From positions 323,159-385,367 of the forward strand of contig NMRA01000169.1 in NCBI GenBank assembly GCA_002633005.1: a stretch of DNA of 62,209 nt. Direction: 5' to 3'. The translations under genes were made by a program, and so were the position numbers. Source of the DNA: Phoronis australis (Eukaryota > Animalia > Phoronida). The notes below the pieces were generated by a model, which was given only the letters and a program-made list of their open reading frames with translations, searched no databases and had not been told where the DNA came from. This document shows positions 1 through 12,712 of this stretch, piece after piece (the first letter of the stretch is position 1; the number at the start of each line of letters is the position of its first letter).

Positions 1-44
1 TTACCAGCTGCTTTGAGTAACATAGTCATGTAATTCATTCACAG

Positions 45-172
45 GTGTTGTTAAGAATGAACTTGTGGTTGGCCAGAAGTCGTCCAACGAACTCTTCACT
101 GCCTCAGTGACAACGGTGAAGACAACACTCGGTCACAGTGGAACGTTGAAGGCTCGTGATCAAACCTACAAG
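45..172 (+). CDS. Penultimate coding exon of an unidentified gene entering from the left edge
   Basis: cag| acceptor ending at 44, |gtgagg donor at 173; open frame VVKNELVVGQKSSNELFTASVTTVKTTLGHSGTLKARDQTYK; phase 0 joins the exon at 1186. Confidence 0.8.
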
Positions 173-1185
173 GTGAGGGTTGGATATCCTTCACTGTTGT
201 GATGACTACTGTGGTCTGCAGTTTTAACACCTGACCTGTTCAATCTGCTCAAACAAAATGACTCTCACACTGATGAACACAGGCTCACAGACCTGTAAAC
301 TTTGTTCACCGTCTTTCAGAGTCGTGCTTCCTTTCATAAAATACGACTTAGGCAGCCAAAAAGTACACTCATTGTCTCGAATCTCATTGGATGAGAAGCA
401 GTGAATCCATGTTTTCAGGTGGTCATGTTGTGCTTGTGGTCCATGAGCTTTGTTTTTCATTGTGAGCCTATGAGCCATGCTTTTTGGGGCTGAAGATACC
501 GTCATGTGCTCCATTCTGACCAAGAAAGCAGGACTTGTTAACTCGCATAATTTTATAACTCGATTTTTGTGACCATCACAAAATTAAATTAGTCTTTCGA
601 CTTGCACCACTGTGTGAAACTGGATGTAATAATTAAAGGTTATAATGAATTGTATTACCTAAGCAGAACTCGTGCTCAATATTACTTGAACAACAAATGG
701 TACATTCAGTGAAGCAGAAAAGTCTAATCTATTTGAACTACCATTCTCATAAGATGGTCTTAGATGCTTCTATTTTCTGTTTACGTGAAAAGTAGTGGAC
801 CTCACAGTGCAGGGTTATCAATTAATGAAGCTACCTGTAAGCTATGCTTTAGACCCCTCATAAATTAGAGACCATGGCTCGGAGACACGGGGGGGCATCC
901 CTAGTAAAACTTGGGGAAAAATCGGGGGGGGCTGAAACTAGGTTTTGGTGGGGCAGTTCAAAGCACTCGGACCCACAAACTTCAAATAACTTGGGGCCCA
1001 TGATTTTCAGCAGTGGGACCTTACAATTCTCTGAGGGCCATCCTTGTGAATCTAGATTTAATGTACTTAGAATTTTTTTTATCAAAAATGACCTATTGTT
1101 ACTGTAGTGTAGGTCAGCTGGCCAGTCCATCATCTTGGGTCCATTTATTTTAATTATTTTTATATCATGTTTATCTTTCATTTAG

Positions 1186-1320
1186 GATTACCAGAAGAAA
1201 TTTGGAGCAACTCTTGAAGACATTGAGGAACAACGTCAGACCCATCTGACTGCTGAGGGACGCTGGAACGACAGTTGGCAGGAATCTGTGGAGAAAGTCA
1301 AGCAGCTGTACAGTGCTTAG
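1186..1320 (+). CDS. Terminal coding exon of the same unidentified gene
   Basis: Pyrimidine tract + tttag| acceptor; DYQKKFGATLEDIEEQRQTHLTAEGRWNDSWQESVEKVKQLYSA then TAG. Confidence 0.8.
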   Translation, partial: DYQKKFGATLEDIEEQRQTHLTAEGRWNDSWQESVEKVKQLYSA

Positions 1321-2599
1321 TGTACCCGCTGGGCTATAGGTGGCATTGGTTAGGCTTAGTGTGCTAGTCTTTATAGAAAGCAGGCGTATTGCATTGTGAA
1401 CATGATGTCCTATGGGTGGCGTGTTTACTTCCTAGGTGTACTAAATGGATGTCATGCACAGTTCAATGTTTAATTATTTGTTACTAGTTTATTCAGTGTG
1501 CAAAAATTGACATCGGTTTATTACTTCTCTATTGGTGCAAAAGGTGGCAGTGGAGTGCAGTTCACTGTTGCACCATGGAAGGTAGTTGTATGCTTTCAGC
1601 TGGTAATGAAGTCACTTCTTGTGTTATAAAAATGTGTTATTGTATTAGAATTGAGTGAGAATATAGCTTATATTCTTTTGAACAACATACTCTTCATTTT
1701 ACTTACTTTGAAAGCTTTTAATGATTTTTATACTTGTAAGCATGCAGTGAAAACATATTCTCTTTCAAAATCGTTCAAGCCCTCTATAAACCATGTAGAC
1801 AAATACAATAGCTCATTTGCTCTTTCACAGAAAGGTCATGGTATTCTTATGTTTTTTTTGAAATGAAATTAGAAGCTCTAGAATCAATCACAATTGTTTA
1901 CTGTATGTAGTCCTTGGGCTGGTTACAAGAAACTGACTTAAGTTCAATTTTGAGTTGAGTCTAAAATTTGTCTCAACTTCCAAACTTTGAAATTTCCACG
2001 TTCAGCAAGTTAGCCAAAATTAAGACAAAACTTAAGCAAACTTGAGATCTTTTTCTTGAAACGGACTTAAGATAAATTCAAGTTTTATCATAAAATTGAC
2101 TGAAATTACTGAAATTTAAAATTTGTCTTAGCTCAGTCAGTTTTCCTGAAGGGGAACCCAATTTACAATTATATGCAACTTTACAAAGATAAAAGCTCCG
2201 TTATAAGTTCTAATGTTCTTATAATATAAGAGTTGTGGGCTATTTAGATCACACTTTGAAATCAACTAACTACTCCTGCATCATCTGTCGTTTTAATCAC
2301 TAAATTTCTGTGCACATCTCCAAGGATGGGGCAGCGACACAAATTCTTTCACTCTCCGGTAAACCGCCACGCAGCCCGGTTCAATATAAAGCCTGTGCAA
2401 TAAGCAACTATATGGAGAAAATTATTTCCTCAGATAGGGTTCAAATAGTACAGGTATTTTCAAACTGCAGTTCTGTTTTGATGAGTATAATAAAATAGAT
2501 TTTTAGTCGAATTATAAATAAGAGGAGACGGTGTGGTCTAGTAGAATAAATATTCGCTTCCTTTACTCAAGGTCGTGTGTTCCGAGTACCACTGGGACA

Positions 2600-5040
2600 C
2601 CTACTGTCAAGTTAATAGGAACACAATTGCAAAATTTCGAAAACTTCTTGCACAAGGGGTTTAGAAGCTGCATCTATAAATTCGAAATGTCACTAGGGGG
2701 CACCACAGTAGTTGGACACGTTTGAAAATCCACGTTAGTCATGCTCTTGTCAGATGGAGTACGTGTGCCAATTTACGTAATGATCCTTTTCGTGGTGTGA
2801 CAGATACAGACTCAAAAATAATTAAAATGGCCACTAGTCGGTGCAGAATACGTCGATTTCAAAAGGTGCTGTCGTCTTCATAATAGAAACTTGTTTGCTG
2901 AATGTCATGAAAAAACATCAAGGAACTGTGAAGTGAGAGCCAAACGTAAAAACAAAATTGCCACTAGTGAGCACAGCTGTTGGTCTGAAACTCGACGTCA
3001 TCTGTTGCCATCTCCATATAGGATAACATCTGCTAAATGTCACAAAGATCTTGTTAAAAGGTAAAGGAGATACAGCCCTGGATGCAAAAAAAATTAGCAC
3101 TAGGAGACGCCAGAGTACTCGAAAACGTCTGGAAATCAAAGACAGCCTCGATCTTCCCATCAGGAAAATCTCCAAATTTCAATAATGACCCTTCAAGCTG
3201 TTGGTGGATGCAGAAGGTCTTGTAAAAACGTACTCAAAACTTTTAAAATGGCCACCGAGAGGTGCAGAATACGTCAAATCCGTCCAAAAATGAGAAGGCG
3301 TCGTCGTCTCCTTGTCAGAAACCTATTTGCAAAATTTCATGATAATAATAATGGTCGATATGCATCGAATCTACCCGAAAATGGTAACCATTCATCATCT
3401 GTGTAATAGAAACCTATTTATCAAGTTTCATAAAAATCCGTCAACATTAGGCAAATCGTACGTTAAACACTGAGAATCTGTGTGCAAGTGGATCAGAAAG
3501 CGTGCACTGTTTATTCAGCGAAGACCTCCTCTGCACATCTAAGGCCTGATGGCAGCGTCACGAAATGAAGTGAGCTAGTCCCTATTCATGGGCTTAGCTG
3601 AATGTGCTGGATGAGATCATTGCTGTCGCCTGTTTAGCATACAAGTTTAAAAGTAAAAAAAAACGAACAATAAGTAAGGCAAACGACCAACAGAGCTGTT
3701 TTTAAAATTAAAAAGTAAATAGCAGCCGTCTTTAAACTTTTAAAATTGATGCATTTTAAGAGAATTCAGGGAATAGGTTTTCTTCAGCATCGCGGCTATT
3801 GAAGCCACACGCATTAATTTGTCAATCGATTAGGACGGGGTAGTCACAGTCTTCCTCAGGTTCGCTTAGGCGTTGGGGTAACAAAACTCCAAATGTTTTG
3901 CGTAGGAGTTGTCTCAAGAGGAGCTTCAAAGAAACAGAGGACTACGAAAAAATGCCACTAGGGTGTCACTGCGGTTGTCGGATCCGTCCAAATGTCGTCT
4001 TTATTCGTTGTCAACTTCATATAAATACACATACCAAATTTAATAAAGATCCTGCCGAGGGTTTGTGAAATACAGCCACAGACGCAAAAAATCTGCCACT
4101 AGGAGGTACCACAGTAGTCGGAGTCGTCCGAAAATCAACTTCATATGTCCTCTTCACAAACGCCAATTTTCATAATCCTCCCTAGAGTGGTTTGGTTTGG
4201 CGGACACCAACAACAGACTACTAAAAATGGACAGTACCTGGGGCAAAATGCGTCAAATCCATCCGAAAACGGGAACATTTTATCACTTCTTTAATAATAG
4301 AAACACATTATTAATTTAGCCTACCAAAAAAGTTCATAAAAACCCGCAAAGGAACTTCAAAGAAACAGAGGAAAACGGAAAAAAACAAAATTGCCAACAG
4401 GGGGCACAGCGTTCGTCGGATAAGTCCGAAAGTCGTTGTTGTGCGTTGTCGACTTCATGTAAATACACCAAGGAGTGTAGTAGTATACTCGTACACTCCT
4501 TGAATACACTTTCCAAATTTAATAAAGATCCGGTAGAGGGTTTAGGGGATACAGCTATAGACTGCCACCAGAAGGCGCCACAAAATAGTGGAAGGCGTGC
4601 GAAAATCATCGTCAGTCGCCCTCTTCACAGTTGCAACATAAATGCCAATTTCTACAATCATCCTTAGAGTTGTTCGGTTGATAGCCAGTAGGTAGCGTAA
4701 AATACCTCGAATCAATCCGAAAACGGGAAGGTAGCGTCATCTTATTATCTGATAAATTTTATGATCATCCGTTGAAGACCTTTAAAGAAAGATACAGAGG
4801 AAAACGTAAAAAACAAATTTGCATTAGGGGGCACATCGGTAGTCAGACTCGTCCGAAAATTCGCTCACGCCGTCCCATCCCTGAAAGGAATATATGTGCA
4901 AAAGTTCATGAACAATCATTGAAGGGTTCTGGAGACAGAGCAGCGGAGACCGGACGCCGACACCGCACTCCGAACGGACGGATGGACGGACGGACAGGGA
5001 TGGCGGCATAATGCGCCCCCATATGAATATGTGAGGGGAC
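2600..5040 (+). mobile_element. Non-autonomous element with internal ~130-140 bp diverged tandem repeats, a GACG/GGAC microsatellite and a 3' hairpin (Helentron/HINE-like); interrupted at about 3440-3890
   Basis: Recurring CCACTAG-like motif at 2691, 2831, 2961, 3097, 3252, 3955, 4096, 4394, 4565, 4821; cggacggatggacggacggacag at about 4975; hairpin cccccatatgaatatgtgagggg at about 5016-5038; inverted relative at 27203-28750. Confidence 0.6.
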
Positions 5041-7711
5041 CAGCGCAATGGGTCCACCTGAGCGGCCTGCACACGTATGGTACAACGTGTACCAGAAAGT
5101 CTGCAATTACTTTCTTTTAGAATTATTAATTAAAGAGTACCAATTTATTTTGAATGTTACAGTCAATTAGTCTCTCACTGATGAAATTTCAATACGAATA
5201 AATCTACATGTAGGGGGCCTATGTCGTCTACACATACAGAAGCATCCACACAATGTGTCAAGTTTATTGTTGTTGCTGCCGTCCTCACATTATTGTCGTA
5301 ACATATTGTAGCACTGAATTGGATGTCTATGAGGGTTCATCTGAAGTAGTCTTGTCTAGTAGATAATAGCCTTTAACATACAGAAAGTATACAGCATGTA
5401 TCTTCCGCTCCCGGCGATCAAACAAGGAATTCTGGCGGTCATACTGCTTCGACAGCTGGAACTAGCCCTCGTGGCAAATTTAATGAACCTGGTCTGGAGT
5501 AATGACAACGAGCTGCCAGTTCTTATCAAGCGTATAAATCGTTTCTAGTCGGAGTACAGAACAAAGTGAGATTAAAGTGGCCTAAATTAAAGTTTGTTTT
5601 TGACAGAAGACGCGGTTTATTACACCTTTATTTGTTAAAGCTATAGGCGACTCGATATTCGCTGGGTGGTAATGAATACAGATCCGTTTTTGTCATCTGA
5701 ATCGATTGAGAGTAGTTTATCAGCAACGGAGGCATTTCTGTTATAAGGGGCCAACGTGGTTTACCTGGATGCAGGTATTTCTGAAGGAAGATCATTTACG
5801 TCACGGTCACCTGCGACACCTATTGAATAAATCATTAAGTTGTTTATTCCACTAGTTCAACCATAGCCACGTCGATGAGCAAAACGAAGAACAGCATTGG
5901 CGGCTAACCTTTTGAAGGTGCTATGCCATGTTCCGGTGTCTAAAATAAATTTCTTCGCAGGTGTTTTGTTATTCTTCCAAAGCAGTTATAACATTCTTAT
6001 AGCTATGTCACACCAATCCCGTTCTCAGATCCATACGGGCTGGGGTCGGGCAGAAACGGCGGCCAATTTCCTTCATGAGACAGGGCCTATATTCCTTTAA
6101 TTACTTGACTCGTGAATAGAAACCAGTGACAGTATAACGTCCAGGTGCAACTCAATTGGTGACGATGACATTTTTGACAAAGCTTGCTTGCCTGAAATTC
6201 TGTGACATTTTGATAATTCTGTGACAAAATGTGAGAAATTTGCAAAGCCAAGTAGGCTGGTAGTGTTTTATTGGTTTACAGTTATTTCATGCTGCATTGA
6301 GGTGGTGATTCATATTTTCACAAATTATCAAATTTAGATATTAATTGTTGCCACTGACAAATATTGTGTCTAGTATATGTGATACAAACAAACGGTTGAG
6401 GTGATGTGATTTATATATGCAAAAAGCACCAAATAGCTGTGACAGTTGAGACTTCCTTGCAACATCTGGAAAGTTTTGAGATGTGACGAATTGTGGCTTG
6501 CGATTAAATACGAATTCATTCTCTGATTCGGTTCTATTCTGTACAAGGAGCAAAATGAGGTCAATATCTTAACGCTTAGATCAAAAGTTCTTTTAGCCCG
6601 ATGGCGCGGCTTTATGACAACTTAAAAGCAGCAGCACTGACCAGGAAGGTAACTTATGATATAGACCGTTTACCGTTATAAAATTGGTCTCGACTTAATT
6701 GGGTGTGATTTTTGAGTTTGCAAGGCACTCTGTCAGTTCGGTATTCCCTATTTTGAGACCATTCCCCACTCATGAATGGCCCCCGTGACAAGCAACTTGT
6801 AGACCCTTGTCGCAAGCACTAAATAGCAGTTAGTTTACCTGAAGTTCGAACAATTCTGAGACCAATTTCATAAAAGCTCTAGACCCATTTTTGACGGAAG
6901 GCAGATTTATACCCGCTTCCAATTTTGAACTGACAGCTTTTTCATACCGTAGTCTGAAGAGCATTCGAAGCATAAAATGTCAAGTTTAAAGCTCGGACTT
7001 CCACGAACAATAGATGCAGTTGAAATCCCGCCGGTCATAGATTGATTCGGTATGACGTCACAGAGTAAGTGTAAGTTACTTTAGGGCGAGATCCAAACAG
7101 CTGATCAAATTGGAGGACTGAGGTGCACCTGGCCAACATATAAACAAAACGATGGTAATATTAATAATTATGATAATTTAACCGACGAAACACGGGGTGT
7201 GAACTGCATCGAGGCCTAGCTCGCACGATCGGCAAAATGATTCTAGTAAATAATTACGTACCATGTCTGTGCGCCATATTTCCTAACCCCTTTCGCAGCA
7301 CACGAGATTGCCTTTCAACAGGCAAACTAGTAATGTTCATAGCGACACCGCCTGTTGATTTTCAACAGTGGATTGTTTCGACACTCCCAGTTACGCCACG
7401 TACCATAATTACATTTGTGAAGTTGTGAACTAACACAAATGAAAAACCAGTAAAGCGGAAGTACTAAAACACCAACAGATTATCAAATGTTGATTTCACT
7501 GAAACCAGTGCTGCATGAGTATACTCACCACATTATCGGGCTGGGTCCTGGGGGAAGCAAACGGCTGCTGCAAGCACGTATACAAAGCACTTGAGCCGAC
7601 GTCGCTACCGGATTAGCACAAAAAGGCCAAATGCGCCGCTAATTCAACGAGGTTTTTAATTGAATTTGTGCATCGAGCAGATTTAGGAGAAGCAAGATGG
7701 CCATGGTCTCT

Positions 7712-7763
7712 NNNNNNNNNNNNNNNNNNNNNNNNNNNNNNNNNNNNNNNNNNNNNNNNNNNN
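7712..7763. other. Assembly gap
   Basis: Run of N. Confidence 0.99.
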
Positions 7764-10110
7764 CCCCCCCCCCCCCTAAAATTCTCCCAGAACACTCGAG
7801 TTAAAATATTTCTGGGCAATAGTCAGTTGCAAAGGTCACGGATTTTGAAAATCAGTTTGATGACCGTTATTCAGTGGAACGAACTGCTTCTCAGAATGCG
7901 GGCGACCATTTCTGTAGCTAACTAGCTGAGCACAACCTAGTGATGATTATGGCATTCTGATGCTGGGCATGTAATTAAACCCAGTGAGCGCGGAGTATCA
8001 TCAACAGAAACTGCATGGGTGCAGCAGATGCTCGCACTATAGGCCTACTCTTATGTTCGGCGACAAGATTAAGTGCTCCAGTAAGCTATTTCGTAACATA
8101 ACTTGTAGTGGAAAAACTACTTCCATGCAATTTACGGCATTTGAAAATGTTGAAGTGTCCAGGGTGATCGTGATCAAATGTTGATTGTCTTGGTGGACCT
8201 TTCTGCAAATCACCTAGTCATCCATATTCATATCTTCAGGTTTTAATTCGTTAATTCACCTGAACTACTATTAAATAAAATAATAATTTCTTTCACTAAG
8301 ATACTCGGTAATAGCCCATGATTTGTCTACCCTTCAAGTCATATTGTTGTGAAGTCTACTGCAAGTTTCATCAGCGATAAGCATTTTCCTTTTTTGTTCC
8401 CTGTATATCGTTCATCGACATTGGAAGTGCATCGTACCTCTTTCGTACACAAGTCACAACCAATTTTCGTAGGACAAATATGGTGGATTATCGTTGTGTT
8501 AACATATTCCCGCTACCACTGGCTGGAACTATTAGCTTGATTGACATGTCTGAACTATCCATATTGGAGACCTTAATAATAGATGTTCTGCATGTCAGCT
8601 GGTATCAAGGTAACAGCATTCAATAGAGGCTACAAAGTGAAATTCGCCAAAATATCTTACCACCATTTATCAAATTACCTTGAACGTTGCAGGAGTCCCC
8701 AAAGCGCAGAACTTTTGTCACCCGGCGGTTGGTGGTGCGTCCGAGGGAGTACGACTGCCAGTGTTACACCGTGGGAGTGACTATCTGGGTCGAAGTAAAC
8801 CCTAGCATGTACTCAGAGAATTTCTTAGCACTAGTCCCTCTGGTATACACCGATGAGGCTAGCATACATGTAGTTTTCCTTTGGTAACAACCTGTAGGGC
8901 CTAGACTAGGGGAGCTATAAAGGTATGTATGACCCCCTTTGTCATGGCAAAATAATGCCGCCGAAATGCTATTTTTAGAGTCTACGAAGACATTTTTTTT
9001 CAGAAAATAGAGATAGTTGCATCCAACCTGACAGCAACCTAGCCAACGCAAAAAATATGTGGACACACTGGACATCTGAAGTTACGGTATATTTGGTAAT
9101 GACCATAATAGTCGACAGTTTTTCATGTTAGAAACTTGTACTCGGCCTCCTCTGAACCCCTTGTTGAACATTTTAGTCCGGCCCGTCATTAAACCTGTGA
9201 TTCGGAAGTGGCATTCCATGAGCGCTATTCTGTAACATAGAACTAGCATAAGTTTCAGAATGTTGGCCCTAAGGGTTGCTGCCAGAACAGACCTATGCTA
9301 GGCGACTTTTCACGAATAGTTTCGCTACGAAAGGATGACTTTCCTATTTAATCCCATTCCTACAAAAAAAAAACATTTCGGGAGATAGAAGGTGTCAGGG
9401 TACCATTTTCCTACAATACTACAAATTTTACAGCAGCCAGGGTTTTAAAGTATTTAAAATTTTAAAACTCTGATCTGTTGTAATGTGTGCTCTTTCTTGA
9501 AAGCTGTCATGTCATCTCTTCTGCTGTTTCAAAATTAAGACGACAGCTTTGAAAGCTGAAAAATACCAGTTACGAACAGGTGATTAGTGGAAATAAACTG
9601 CAACAAAAGGGTAGTGTTTTTGGACAAAAACTATTCAAAAGGGTGACGTTTTCACAAAACTCCTTACAAACCAAGGCCCGTTTTCGAACCCCACTCTAAA
9701 TATGTGAGTATCTTATAATTTTCAGTTGCACCCCCCGCCCCTTCAAAAATACAGTAGCGATACCCCGAGGTTGACTAGTCATTATTGTATTTATTCAATG
9801 TCCAAATTCAGGATTTCGTCTACGTGGCATGCAGTTTGGAAGCAGTGTCTAAACGATGATTATTGGTTTGGAGGAGTTTCGTTGAATGTTTCGCTTAATT
9901 GTTTTGCCGGCATTTTCTGACACGTCACCCGCTGCCACAATCAATGACAGAGCCCAGCAGTCACCGACGGCGAAGCAGACGACAAGAATCAATTGTTTCT
10001 GTGTGACCTGAACGAAAGTCGTATTAAGTGATGGCAATGATAATTAGAGCTTTTTAACTTGTGACCAGCCGATCAATGAATCACGACAATTGAACAGCTA
10101 CACGCATTAT

Positions 10111-12118
10111 TGTAGATTCATTACTACTTGATTCGTACATATCGATTTAAGTTAGAGTCCACTGTCAGTCTGAAAGGGGTGCAAAGATATCGTTTCTGAA
10201 AAATTGAGGTAGGCCCTACTGTGAAAGGGAAGACGAAAATGCAAAATTCATTGCAAAGCAGTGTCGAATGCCAAAACGACATAAAGTATTCTTTTCAGGC
10301 TTACTTCATGCGAAGTCGCCGTTACCTCGACATAGTGTTTGCTTGATACCCTGGCACCCCTCATCTCAACTTCTACCTCTTGATCAGTGTTGATCACTCT
10401 GCTCATACGTTTGGCCAGTTCGTATAGTGTACTGACGACAGCACGGAACGAGTTATATTAAGTCCATCCACACTCGTGATTAGATCGCCGAGAAAAATCA
10501 CGAGTCAGTCTGTAGTCTCAAAAGCTACAACAGTTTGTGTGGAATCCCTATTCGGAGGTCTATCTACAAGTCAACGACCAGACGGTGAGTAGAATACGAG
10601 CACTCTGTCACGGGATCTAATCGAGTATTTATGTTTTTAATAAACCTCTGGGACAATTCATTGCCAGAGTTCACTGTTATTATGTACATGACCTATATAT
10701 AACTACATTGAGCTGAACTTGTGTAAAGGCGTCTTGTATGGGGCCTGTCTCGCCTGGTAGTCCCATGCACACCGACGAGTCGGTAACATTCATTAACAGC
10801 AGTCCCTCATTTTGAGAACCATTTTTCCACTGAATGACGGAAAACAAGCTGCTTTTCAAAATCCGGGTAGTCCAGTGACTGTTGCCGACGAATTGATGAT
10901 GCTGGAATCAAAGTTCAAATTGAAGGTTTTAATTGTCTCGGTGTATGATCCAACACATAACATGTGGACGGATGTACCACGAGGTCCTGCCAGTCGTTTA
11001 TTGACTCGAACGTGTACGTAGTTTGTTATTATTTGGAAAACCTGTTGCAATAACCAGAACAAGTTCCCACTAGGTGTATGGCCATTGTGTATTCACGGAC
11101 CCAACAATTATCAGTACGTGCACTCTGGTCATTTCGAAACACTTGAGCTCACTGGCAACTGAACTCACACATATGGCCATACAATGTGAAAACACTGAAC
11201 AATAATTTCTCAGTAGATAAAGACTTGGGAAAATACTACGCGATCCAACCAGATGCATACAAACAGAGTCGTCGAACTGACTCAAAACATAGTTCTGACT
11301 TGTAAATAGGCCTATATTTATTTCACTGATGTCGTCTGCTTTGAACTTGAAATGACAGGCGGAACTCCATTCTGTGCTGTAATAAGGCCCCATGTACATC
11401 GGTATTACATCTGTCCGTATCGCCTGTAATTAAACTTTCAACTTCAGGGCTTTGGACCCGTACTAAAACAGAGGGGGATCTACAGGGGGGTTCACGGGGT
11501 TTAAACCCCCCCTCGGGACAGGATCAGAAATAAAAACTGGAAAAAAATCGCCAGAAAAACGAAATTAGGTACTAAAAATCCCAAAAAATCTTACACGGGA
11601 GGAGGGAAACACTCTCGCGACCTTCCTTCTCCTCGGCGCTACGCGCCTCGGATTCTTTCGAATCCTAAACCCCCCCTTACTGAAATCGTAGATCTGCCAC
11701 TGTAAAATCTCAACGGAAAACGCAAACACGCCCACGGCCCGACTCTCTCAGGGATGTGAAGAACCTGAGAGTAAAGGTCAACCCCTCATCTTCCGGTGTT
11801 ACGCGATTGTCAAGGATCGTGTCTATATATACATAAGAAATTATAGTACGCGACAGATAAACAAATAATTTTTCTGCCTGGCTTTTTAGCTCATTGGTGT
11901 ATCCAACCAGGCTACCAAGACAACAGATCTACTTAGATAGACAGATAGATAGATAAAACTTTACTTAAAGTCGGGTCAAGGGTAAACAGTTGACAGTATT
12001 AGCGCAAGTACTATTTACCGACTATTAAAGAAACAAAAACGAGAGCTAATAAAACTATATACACTATGCCTATAAAATGAAGACCTAGCAGTGTTTTACA
12101 TACTATGCACACTATGGT
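10111..12118 (+). repeat. Old tandem duplication, copy 1 (copy 2 at about 12713-14455)
   Basis: Colinear blocks shared with many substitutions and indels, e.g. tgattcgtacatatcgat, gattagatcgccgagaaaaatcacgagtca, catgtacatcggtattacatctgtccgtatcgc. Confidence 0.9.
11469..11702. mobile_element. Short MITE (CAGTGGCGGATCTA-type termini)
   Basis: Termini CAGAGGGGGATCTAC ... GTAGATCTGCCACTG; flanked by taaaa on both sides; absent from the paralogous site near 14071. Confidence 0.8.
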
Positions 12119-12712
12119 ACGAGAAAAATAACAAAGTATTTTCAATATCATTGTGGGATGACGCAACTTGCGCATGCAGTACAAGCATTACGTTCACAGG
12201 TGGCACTAAGAAAGTTTAGAACTTGTCTTTTAAAGCCTTGCAGACTCATTGTTTCTTGCGCATGACCGCAGACTACGAATGACCTATGAACTCGAGACTT
12301 GTTGTGCCTGAAGAAAAACAAGTAATTGAGCTTGGTGCAAAATCAACAAGCAAGTCAATAGTCTCAAACAAAAACTCGCCAGTTCACACTCTTTATCACA
12401 CCAATATCAGATAATAGTCGCTGGATGTACGGGATGCCGTACTACTGGCATTTTATAGGGTGTGCTCATCTCCAAACTTGTGCTTAAAAGTACGAGTTCC
12501 ACACAAGGATGACTTCAAGAGAGAAGAAGAAAAATCAAAGTTAGTTTGTGTGGAGGACCTGGTATATTGACGACGATATGGTGCATCCTGCTCGCTATTG
12601 GCACCACACCAACGAATCTGACTGTCCTTTCAGCGCCAGAAATGGCCATGTTCACTTTTGTCTCTCTTGCCTTAGGAATCGAACATGGAGGTTGACTAGT
12701 ACCTTTGTACTA

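Noticed and set aside
2600-5040. Periodic motif resembling a CRISPR array
   Set aside because: Eukaryotic context; the whole monomers are homologous, with no unique spacers and no cas genes
8200-8690. Possible decayed coding sequence on the minus strand
   Set aside because: Multiple stops and no family I can assign with confidence
11070-11399. 109-aa minus-strand ORF in the old duplication
   Set aside because: The reading frame is not preserved in the paralogous copy, which has indels
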